From Catajapyx aquilonaris (Eukaryota): a stretch of DNA of 57,502 nucleotides. Under the pieces are notes generated by a model that worked only from the letters and a program-made list of their open reading frames with translations, did no database searches and was not told the DNA's origin. The stretch lies in contig KZ538631.1 in the NCBI GenBank assembly GCA_000934665.2, positions 1-57,502 of the forward strand. Reading direction: 5' to 3'. Of the stretch, positions 47,123 to 57,502 are shown in pieces. Each line of letters starts with the position of its first letter. Positions within the stretch are counted from its first letter, which is position 1. Made by a program: the position numbers and the translations under genes.

Positions 47123-50100
47123 ATGCAGCCTCCGCCCAGGAAGGTCAGTTGATGGTGACCAACTTGGGGGGGGGTCAAGTGTCAGAAGGTGTAGAGACGG
47201 GGAGAAATGGGTCCTTGTAGGGGGTTCAATGGGGCAGGAATGTCGCGGGACAAAAGTGGGACAGGTTTCGGTTTTTATGCAGCTTAATTGGGAGGGGTTA
47301 CGGCCTTTTCCCCTACTGCACTGAGCTGGTTCTCGATTTAAGTCCGGTACTTAAATAGAGAAGCGGCTTAATCCGGGGCCCTTAAAGTCTTATATGTGTT
47401 TGGGAAGGATTGTAGTTTTAAGATTGTGACTTTGTTGCCGCCGGGGTTTTAAGTCTGGATTCTCAGAGATTCATTGAATCGCCGGCTTAATTGTAATTGA
47501 GTGATGCATAATGTATAGTTTAATTACACCTTGATTACTTGGGAGAGTTTCGTAATTTTGATTGGTGAGAGAGCTGGCAAATTATGGTACTGTGTTCTGT
47601 TACTTCCTAATGGGGCGTAGCATTGTACATGGCATAACATCGTGATTGAATTACCCTGTGTTGCGTAGATGTGGCATAACGTGGCGGGTTGGTTTGCCCT
47701 TTACTATACAGTTAATTCAGTGCAAATGAACAATGACATAGTAAGTGATGGCAATCAGATGTCATGCACGGTTCAGGCAAGTAGTTTTAGACGTGAATGG
47801 GGAACAGTAACTGTTTCGTTTGACGTCAGTTCATCCAAATATACTCGAAGCTCACTAAAAGTAGCACAGGTAAGCGGTTCGAAGACCTACGATTTTAATC
47901 TTTGATGCCCCTATCGATCGACAAGAAAAACTATTGCTCTAAGATAGTTGTCAATCAATACATCTTGCGTGAAAGCGATTCTACGCGAATTAACGATAGT
48001 AGGGAAAGGAGTAAGTACCACTTGTTTTGCCCCGTTAAGTTATACACTTTCAGCACGTAAATAGCAGTACTTGTTAGAAACCATGTTAAACACAAGTTAA
48101 GGGTTACGTTGCTTTAATTGATAACGCAGTACCATTTATCGATCCATTCACACAGCCACATTATGGCTTCACTTGTCTTCCAAATAAACATCGTGCAGTA
48201 GGCCTACACTGTACAGTACTTAACGTGCATGAGTTTCCTATCTAGCAATAAAAATTGGACTTTCCTCCCCCCCCCCCCCCNCCCCCCCCCCATATCACCT
48301 ATCAATGACATGGACAGGATCGTCAGCTGCTTTTCATCCTGGGCTGTTAGCTAACCTATGTGCCTCTATTGCCTTGCGGGAAGGTCCGCTTGCCAGGGGC
48401 TAAGTCAAGTCGCTAAACCAGAAGCAGCATGCAGCGTGTGAGTTATACGTCATACAAATATTCTTGCTGTTGGTCATGACGATGGAGGATATCTTCATTC
48501 CTTTCAACCTATCCTTTATTATCGATGTGTGAAATCTGGAAGTTGCCAGGCCATGCAATTATTAATTAGTATGTGTGCGCATATAGTTCATTCCGCGCTA
48601 GACCGGTTCTATATTGGCCAGTAGGACACTGTGCGGAAGATGCGCAAACTTTTAGAAGGCAGGCAGACAGAGCTTTAACTTTAAACATGAAGAACGTATG
48701 GATTGAAGTTCGAGCAGAGATCATTGACTTAAACTGTGAATAGTTACATTTAATACATTGCAGCTTTGTAGGACAAAGTACACGATAATAAAACTTGTCA
48801 CATGGTCTGCCAAGTCTGTAAGTTTTATCAGACACACGAAACTGTAATACACCAGGAAAACGATAACGCCAACCCTTGTTCCTGTAATGACCTGCATGTA
48901 ACACAGCATGTTTTCTGAAGCGTGCCAAGTGATGGGTCACGCCCCAAAAAAATTGTGGATGTCTGTTTCGTCAGTGAAAAGTCTTGCTTGTTCGTCATTT
49001 TGTACTAGACGATGTGAGAATCAAAATTATCTTCTGCATGTTTGGAAATATGACTGTATATCTGGCTTTTAAAATTTCACCATTAACTAAACTAACACGT
49101 AATGATATTATTAAAGCTTGGATTTGATTCTCGCATTATGTTTAATATATGTTTTATAGTTATTACCGCACGCTGATTATTCATCATTCTCTCCACTGAG
49201 TCACATAACAGGGTGTAGTCAATATTATGAAAGATTTCAAATCTTGCTAGTACACTGTTTCATTATTGTCACTGTAAATGCAAACAGGCATTCGGAGTGG
49301 AACGAAAAGTGGAAACGTTCCAATATTATATCAAATCGAGTGCGGTTGAACGAAATCCTAATAAAATTCCGTCTTAGACAGCTGCAGTCAATTACCTTTC
49401 GAATCACCTTATGAGATAAGTTCAAAGAGCGACCTTTTGATGAATCCACTTTGCCATCTGATTTGATGCATTTCTCTCTCAAAGGGCACCCACTTAAAGG
49501 TGCTAAAGCATGTTCACAGCGAGCAATTGGCTCGACTTCAAGCTAAGAATTCGCACGAGTGTGACCTCCTCGAGGATATCAGGTTAGTCATCCAGATAAA
49601 GCGCTTGTAAACACAACGGCGCGTACAGTATACAGTATACCTATAGCACACTAACACAAAAAAAATTCTTTCAGAAACTACACGAAACAGCGATCTGCTA
49701 TTGAAAAGACTTACGCCGAAGTAGGTATTCGTCATCGGCTCTTCGATTTATGGAATCCATCTGAATTGAACCGATTTATTCCCAGGCCCTTCTCAAAGTC
49801 TCCACGGCTTACTTGAACCGGAAAATCCCGGCAATTCCGGAATTCCGAACGGACGATGGAACGGACGTTTGGTGAGTGCAATCAACATCTCGATTAATCA
49901 CACTCAGCAGCTGCAGGTGACGGTGACCTTTTGTTATATTTTGGCATATATGTTGAAGGAACGTCTGGAACGTCTGGAGAACCGTTCTGGAAGAGAATGA
50001 AAAACTTGCCAAGGCGCGATTGGCTGCAGTGGAAGTTTTCCAACAGCAAATATCTGATGACGCCAAAACTATACGAGTTGTCAAGCTTCAGACAGGAAAA

Positions 50101-51965
50101 AAGGTAATGCTTACTTTTTATTATTATTTCTGTAGGGTATACAGTAAAAAGCATGTGGGAGAAGCCACTGAACTTGTTGAAACACAGGTGAAGGTCAACC
50201 TGTTCCACTTACCAATATCGGGTCAGAAAAAAATGGTCATCGATTATCTGCAAGATTGTGGGGGCGTGTAGTATTTAATTCTTATTCAACTAGTTGGCAG
50301 AGTGCGCTTGGAGGAGTTATTATAAGTAAAGGTTAGAAGAAGTTGGGTTCGTGACTTGCCAAAAGCATTTCCGCCCTTGGCCTGCTATTGGGGAAAATGG
50401 GGGGAGCTGATGTTACACTCTGTTGGGTTGGCTCGCCCAAAATCAATACGCGCAAGCGGGGTTATAGCCTTCTGGGGATTTTCCGAAAAATCTTGGACTC
50501 GTCTCCTTTTGTTTGGGCCTTCTATGGACATGTCCTCTTTTTTTTTGAGTTTCATTCCTGCGACAGGAAATTTTTTTGATGAATGGGAAATGAGGTCAGA
50601 GTTGGTCCCAATTGGATTTCCGAGTTCCTGTGCTTTTAGGGATGCGCCGTGCAGAAAACGTTGTAATGCTTGCAAACTTGGCAGAAAAATGGATTTAGAG
50701 GCAATGGGAGTCGAGAGGATGAATTCAGTCTCCGTGACGTCTATATAAATGCAAAGTTATAGAACTTGGCAGAATCTGTCGAGCATACTGAGGGAACTCT
50801 ATATATCCCGTAGGCCTACACGTAACTCGATAACCACCCACTATAATCGTATCAGGTCTCATCTCTGATCAAATGAAGCTGCAGGGCTTCGTTAAATCTC
50901 TTTGTCCGGGAGGTTCCGGTCGTATTAATAGTTGTAGCCGGATTTAAAACCACACTCATTATCGCTAATGTACTACGTGGGGAAGTAACAGCCTTGTTTG
51001 AAAAGGAACATCCAACTGTACAGTTCATGCATGGTGAAGCGGAATGCTATAGATTGTATTGAATCTGTAGGGTGATTCATCTCGCGAATTCCTTTCATTT
51101 GAACTATAGACTGTCATTTCAGGCTTGTTAATAATAATTAAAGGTTTTCTTAATATCGAGTACTGTAGCAGACGTTATACTGTAGGGGGCATATTTAGGT
51201 TCTGTATACTAATTTTGGCGCGTAAGGTGCGTGAATATGTCAAGTACTGTACAGAAGTGAGAGTTATATGTATAGGCCTACTGGCTACTGTAGATGGATT
51301 TTATAGTCTTGTATTGTAGATCTTATACCCAGTACTGGCATATTGCAAATCCGCAGTGTTTTTCTGCAGTGTCTAAGCTGGAGATAGCGTATATTATTTT
51401 TAATTTATAAGGAAATGGCAAGTACCGTCCTATTTGGAATTTTCGCAACTCAATATTTCACTTGACTGCATGACACTTATCACAAATCCATCTTTTCCAC
51501 TAACATCTTAGAAAGCCAAAGAGCAGGTTTTCCATACTAATAACTACTAGCGACATTTGATATGCGAGTGTGGTTCTAGACATTCCTGGACATGCAGGAT
51601 TTTGTACAAATAGTTTTGAATTGGTACCGGTACTCGCCAACTACTGTCATACTCAGACCATGGTCATACCTTCCCGCCTGAAATGTCAGCCTGGTGGCCT
51701 AACCTGTAAGGACGAAAACAAAGATGGCGAGAAGTGGAGAGGGCATGGCCAGGGGACAGCATGTCAATAGAAATAATTGGTGGTCGCCGGACCATATGGG
51801 AGGTAATTTTGCCGGGGTCACGGTGTCGTACGGAGCAACGACACGCACAGTGTCCGAGCCGTGGGCAGAGCCATGTGGGCTACATTCATTGCAGGGGGAT
51901 AAATTTCATGAGAGAATTGCCTGCTTACTGTGGCCTACCTTATAGCCTTTCATGGCATAATCCCT

Positions 51966-52053
<88 letters not shown>

Positions 52054-53090
52054 TTTTGCCTTTCTTGCAGTGCTTGGACTTGCTACAGGTGATCCATAAG
52101 GAAGTGCAACTTTGTGTAGGAGACCTGGACAAAAACAAGAAGCTGTACTTTGAGGAGGAACATATTGCACATGATGTCAGAGACAAGGCGAAAGATGCAG
52201 AAGACAAGTGAGAATTTCATGTGCAGTGTAAGATTTGTCATGTATTGACTGCTGTGTTTTTGTGCACAGGCTGAAGAAGAAGAAGGGATCACTCTTTCAG
52301 TCGTTCACATCTCTGCAGAAGAACAGCGCCAAGGTAATCAAATCAGTACGCTGTGTTTCAATCGAATGGCTTGGTTAGACTAGGGACTCTCAATCATTTC
52401 TGTCCAGTTCACTTGATGTGCAGCATAACAGTTCACTTGAATCAACAGTGTCCTCAAAATGTCACACCAATTACACTGCTATAGACACTACTGGTACTTT
52501 ACTAGTAACTACAACTAGGTCCTGATGACACTAATAATGCATTGTAAAAGTGCACACCAGCAATGTGTGTGGTTATGATTGGGAACCCCTGGAGGTAAGA
52601 GAAGAACTTATATAAAGTAAGTAACGAGTGTCTTCCTTCCTCTTTAGTTCTCGACCAAGAAAGAAGTGTGTGATGAGAAGTCGACAGGGGCTCGCAACGA
52701 ATATCTTTTATCTCTAGCAGCTGCCAATGCTCATCAGACCAGATACTTTGCAGTTGACCTGCAGAACATTATGAAGGTGAGGCACATAATATGATGCTTC
52801 CTGTTTACTCTCTGGGCGTTTTCTGGAAACAAAGAGGCAGGAAGCCCTGCCATTCAATTAGGACATAATGTGATTGGCTAGCTGTTAGAGTTATTTTAGG
52901 AACTACTTGCCTGCTTTTCTCTGGGGAGGAACTAGCGTAACTGATTCCATTTCCTTTATTATTTCAGACGATGGAGGGAGATGTTTATGAGAGGATCCGT
53001 GAGTACCTGACTTTGATGGGACGCACCGAACTACTCACATGCTCTGCTTCACAGACTTCCTTCACACGTATACGAGACCAGGCCAATAAT
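47123..53090 (+). CDS. nwk: Nervous wreck / FCHSD F-BAR and double-SH3 protein, 5' part (283 aa; continues past window). Exons 47123-47143, 49485-49582, 49675-49720, 49786-49871, 49959-50103, 52071-52207, 52270-52333, 52648-52776, 52968-53090
   Basis: MQPPPRK start; [106 protein letters not shown]. All junctions GT-AG and phase-consistent (849 nt). Confidence 0.95.
51967..52054. repeat. (AAT)n/(GAT) microsatellite just upstream of nwk exon 6
   Basis: About 29 trinucleotide units. Confidence 0.95.
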
Positions 53091-53957
53091 GTACGTACAA
53101 TGTTTATATGTGCTCACAGCATTGCACTTTGTGATGACAAGTGCAAGAAGTCACGTGAAATACCCTGCTGCTACTAACATTGCATACTAATGTGGTCCAT
53201 GAATAAGACCTGGAAAATAGTGGCAACACTGCTCAGTAGCTTCATCAAATCTGTTTGTAGCTGCCCTGTCTTCATGAGGCTGGCCATCATCTACAAATGG
53301 GTCAGACAAATGAGCAAATCTATCTATCACAAGGATCTGCTCTAGGATGGTTTAAAAAAATTAACTTCACATTGTTTCGGGAAAGAAAGGATTAGATGAA
53401 AAAGTAAACTCAGTTTTGCAATATTCATTCTGGTATTGTGAAATTCTGCATTTTATTGGTAATTTTGAAATTTGTTTAAATTTAAAATTGTCACAGGAGT
53501 CTGCAAGACATTGAATAATTTTAGTTTTTATCACTGAGCAAATTTTTTGAATTGCTAGTTGTTCACTAAAATGGGAATCAATGAAGTTAATATGTCCAAT
53601 ATGGCTTCACATTTGCAGGGCAGTACCTGTGTAACTAGTATTGCACCATCAGTGATTTAATTAATATAAATTGTAGTGAACAATATGCAACTCTAAAAAT
53701 AGGGCATGGTCTACTATTGCTTGAAATATACACACAGACATGTGTGTCATAATTTAGCTTGCATTCATATTGGTTAAAATGTTGTCGACATTCCTCCATC
53801 TAGTTGGTATTCCTAGGCCTGCCATTTAGTTGGTCAGGAGAACTGAACCTGCACACCCCACACAGCTGCCCTCTAACCACCCTTTCTTTCCTTTCTCCAT
53901 TCCCTCACCCCCTTTCCTCTTCATCAGGGTACCAAAACTTTCAACTTGCCCCTGTGA

Positions 53958-54231
53958 CAGTGCTTCCCAATTTCTTTCGTTGGCGACCCCAAAAAATCAT
54001 CTCGTAAAATTTGCGACCCCCTATATGTGCACATTTCGATCCACCAACATGAAAAGACAGGTAAACAATGAAATGACCTTACCTTATGGTCATGGTTTTC
54101 AAGAATGATGGCATCATTTTGTGAAAATAATTTGTTACCCTCCCTCGCGACACCAAATATTATTTTCGTGACCCCGAATATTATTTTTGTGACCCCAAAT
54201 GGGGTCGCGACCCACAGTTTGGGAAGCACTG
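53958..54231. mobile_element. hAT-type MITE
   Basis: Perfect 13-bp TIR CAGTGCTTCCCAA; GCGACCCC/GTGACCCC repeats; 8-bp flanks match only 5/8. Confidence 0.8.
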
Positions 54232-54458
54232 CCGGATGACCTCAGCTTTAAATTTTGAGTGACATCATACCTCTGAAAAGCACATGAAGTGGGTTTTCCA
54301 ATAATATGTATGATTCACTTCCAAAATTGAAGGTGAGGCAACAGGCTGAGTGAGTATAAAAGCATCTACAAGATCNNNNNNNNNNNNNNNNNCCCCCCCC
54401 CCCCCCCATACAAATGTGAGCTAACTTGTGAAACACTTTATGTGTGTGTGTGTGTATA

Positions 54459-54686
54459 CAGGATGTTCCAAGTATCAGGGTCATGTTTATCACTAATATA
54501 GCCTAGTGTAGGTATTTTGTGTAGCTTGTTGTGCCCTGGTTCAAGTGGCAATTTTTTCAGGCCGTCGAATATAGCAGTTTCTCTATTATAGGGCACCCGG
54601 ATCAGGGCGCAACAAGCTACAAAAAAATAACAGCTTCGAGCAAAATTTCCTATAACTGAAAGGACTCAAATATTTGGAACACCCTG
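54459..54686. mobile_element. Degraded CAGG(A/G)TGTTCCAA MITE
   Basis: CAGGATGTTCCAAGTAT / ATATTTGGAACACCCTG ends. Confidence 0.6.
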
Positions 54687-54782
54687 CATATCGTCGATGA
54701 TCATGCGAAACCTCGTATCTCCGATTGGTTTTTGCTGGAGATACAAGGTTTTGCATGATCACCGACGATATGTACATTGTAC

Positions 54783-55441
54783 AGGGCTGTCCCGTGTGTA
54801 ATACCTAAGAAAGTAATACTGACATATGAAAATACCGACAGGCGAAATACCTAATTGGAAAATACCGACACCACCAAAATACCTAATAGAAGAAATACAG
54901 ATACCGGCACATATAACAAAATAATGCATACCCGTTTGAATGATATGTGAATTTGTTAGTATAGGGTTGGAAGAAAAATGATATAATTTGAGGTTTATTT
55001 GCAAGGTAGAAAAATGCATATTTTGATTGTAGATGATTATTGTTATCAGACAAACCTAGGGCATGAGAGAAAGAGGACCTGTAGTTATATTCTGGTTTAT
55101 TCATTCTTACATGATATCAGGTTAGTAAGTGTTTTATATAAGTATGATATAAATGATAATGAAATGTTTTTTTTTAGTATGGGTGACGGCAATGTTTGCT
55201 CATGGTATGTCCCAGAACTGGGGAAACTGAATTTTTTCTTATAGGTATTTTGGCGGTGTCGGTATGTTTTCAAATTGATATTTTGGACGGTGTCTGAATT
55301 TTTCAGATTTGGTATTTTGGCAGTGTCGGTATTTCTTTCTTTAGGTATTTCGGAGGTGTCGGCATTTTTTCGATTAGGTATTTCGGTGGTCGGTATTTTG
55401 GGATGTCGGGATTATGGATGTAGGTATTATGTACCAGACCC
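54783..55441. mobile_element. Foldback/Mutator-like element with arrays of ~15-bp subterminal repeats
   Basis: AAATACCGACA/AAATACCTAA repeats at left; inverted TGTCGGTATTT/TTAGGTATTT repeats at right. Confidence 0.75.
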
Positions 55442-55714
55442 GTACAAGGAACTCCAAGTGAAATGTTGTTAGTGGTTACAATTTTTTGGCACTAAACCTC
55501 ACAGTTTAAGTAGTTAGTTTTGCATAGTTACTTTTAAAGGTCATAAAAGTATTACCTGATAATATTACACTGAATTGAATCATTTCTGCAATGATTGAAA
55601 CAATTTGAAGCAATTTGAAAAACATTGAAACAATATTATTAACATCAAACATGTGATAGAACCAATATTTGCAGGTCATTTCTTGCAGGCTTTAAAAGGG
55701 ACAGGTCCATCCTA

Positions 55715-55985
55715 TCCAGGGGGGCATGGTGGTCTAGTTGCTATGCTACTAGCCAGCCAAGCGGGAGGTCCGGGGTTCAAATCCCGTCACCTTTGCTTGG
55801 TCGGGTCTTTTTTCTGCTTTTCACCCGAAATGTCTGGGTAGACTTGCACTTCCTTCTCTGCCCAGGGCCAAGAGAAAAGGTCTGATGTTTAAGAGGGTCA
55901 GAAAAGACCTCCCTTGGGNNNNNNNCCCCCCCCCCCCCCAAGGCCCTATCATGGGGCAATACAAAAAAATAAAATAATAGAATAA
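55715..55985 (+). mobile_element. tRNA-derived SINE (degraded; contains N gap)
   Basis: GGTGGTCTAGTTG A-box-like; GGTTCAAATCC B box; A-rich tail; degenerate TSD AAAGG..GGTCCAT. Confidence 0.7.
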
Positions 55986-56421
55986 AGGATCGGTCCATGC
56001 AAACTAATGTTAGCACCTGGCACCTTTAATAACCTGTATATGCAAGTATGCAAAAGTAAGGCTTTAAATGAGCTGCTTAGTGCAAAAAAAAATCACTAAC
56101 AACTACAGACATTTCAGGTGGAACATACTCTACAATGTGTACAATTTTGGATGGGTCACATTGGTCTTGTTGAAAGCTCTGCTTGTAACATTAGACAAAC
56201 TTATGCAAGATGAAAGTAGCAAGAAAGGGTAGTTCCAAGGAGTATTGGTGAAGTCTGAAGGAAGTTGACGGTACTGACCAAACTGACAATCAAGTAATAC
56301 CAAGGATATACAGTATGTACAGGGGTTAGGCAAAATAATAGGAACACCTGCTAGAAGTGGTTGAATCTTTGCGTTTGTTTTATTCGAAAACTGGAAAAGT
56401 TACAAAGATGTCTTGGTGAGA

Positions 56422-56789
56422 GGGGAAGTGTAGATGGCCGAGATGGTAACGTCTCGGCTTGCTGAGTGAAAGGCCCCAGGTTCGATCCCCGCCTGAGGAA
56501 CTTTCCTTTCACCTGCGTCAGGAGGGTCTCTGACCTGCACCAAGGAGGTGTCTGGCAACCTAACCTCCTGGGGAACAGCACATGACCCCTTTACTGACAT
56601 TGCACTTGCACCAATGTTCCCTCCCCAAAAATCCCTATCCCTACCCTACATCCTTGACTCCTTGCACCGGTGAATGAAGTTAATATAGGAAAATGGAGTG
56701 AAATGGTGGTATTCCACCCCCCCAAAAAGGCTCAGCCTTATCACGGGGTAACATAAAAAAATATATATATATATTTAAAAAAAAAAAAA
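56422..56789 (+). mobile_element. tRNA-derived SINE with A/AT tail
   Basis: A box TGGCCGAGATGG; B box GGTTCGATCCC; TSD GTCTTG(G/T)TGAGA (56410-56421 / 56790-56801). Confidence 0.85.
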
Positions 56790-56977
56790 GTCTTGTTGAG
56801 ATGGACCAATGACACTATGCAACAAAATTTGACTTCTTTTTTGTCCATGGAAATTCATCATCATGTTAGTGTTCCTTAGGTCACAAGTAACTCATAATGG
56901 GCATTCATTTGGTCTTTGATTTTATTATTATTATTTTTTGTACCTTGGGGCAGTCAAAAAACCAAGATCCTCAAATA

Positions 56978-57199
56978 CAGGGTGGTCCACCTAACTTTAT
57001 ACAGGCGCTCAGGTCTGCACTGTTGCCAATCATGTCAAGTACGTCAGATGGAAGTTGTAGGATGTCAAGGGGGACATAAGATGCATGCATGCATTTTGGC
57101 GTAGCACTTGAAATACCTACAACTTCCATCTGACGTACTTGACATGATTGGCAACAGTGCAGACCTGAGCGCCTGTATAAAGTTAGGTGGACCACCTTG
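56978..57199. mobile_element. Young fold-back MITE, ~84-bp near-perfect arms, TA TSD
   Basis: CAGGGTGGTCCACCTAACTTTATACAGGCGCTCAGG..GGAAGTTGTAGG mirrored with one mismatch. Confidence 0.92.
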
Positions 57200-57502
57200 T
57201 ATATGGGTGATTTTCCAAAAACTTACCAATACCATGTCCCGGCATAATAACTCAAAAATGGCTTGACTGAGAGAGTTGATATTTTAAACATTTGGAGAAG
57301 CAGTTGACACCTAGCCATCCCCATGAAAACAAATAAAAATATTAAATTTAGTTTTACTGCAAAAAATGTCAAAGGGCCTAAAATCACTATTCTTGGCATG
57401 TCCCTATCTCATTTTAAAGCATGCTATATTTTCTTACAATTTTATGAATAACATTAGACAAGTTTCAGTACTATAATTAAATTGTACATAGTTGAAGGTA
57501 TA

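Noticed and set aside
54790..55430. CRISPR-like regular repeats
   Set aside because: Short degenerate units in inverted arrays, no unique spacers, no cas genes, eukaryotic intron.
56916..57195. Near-identical ORFs on both strands
   Set aside because: A consequence of the palindromic MITE.

Overview
AT-rich, intron-containing animal (arthropod-like) genomic DNA, with small N gaps next to poly-G/C runs. Three genes can be rebuilt by hand with phase-consistent GT-AG junctions. (1) Nxt1/p15 mRNA export cofactor: minus strand, 4 coding exons, about 133 aa. (2) Head-to-head with it, a PHD finger protein rhinoceros/JADE-family gene: plus strand, 11 coding exons, about 2,877 aa, with a 5.7 kb last coding exon and a multi-kb 3' UTR. 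(3) The 5' part (F-BAR domain) of nervous wreck/FCHSD: plus strand, 9 exons here, continuing past the window. A fourth, unidentified minus-strand gene may start near 7.3 kb. Introns and intergenic DNA hold many short non-autonomous elements: several tRNA-derived SINE types with clear target-site duplications (TSDs), including one with a Nin/Deu-like core, plus TA-, TAA-, TTAA- and 8-bp-TSD MITEs, several of them near-perfect fold-backs or nested. I see no autonomous transposase, CRISPR array or prokaryote-type system, and no clearly new biological system can be claimed. The best leads are: short linear motifs in the disordered rhinoceros tail (CTCF-like YxF, four KIKL-like motifs, AT-hook); clustered Pumilio elements in its 3' UTR; YY1/Pho motifs shared by promoters and MITEs; SINEs with different heads but a shared 3' end; and the orphan gene. 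All family assignments come from recognition, not database searches.
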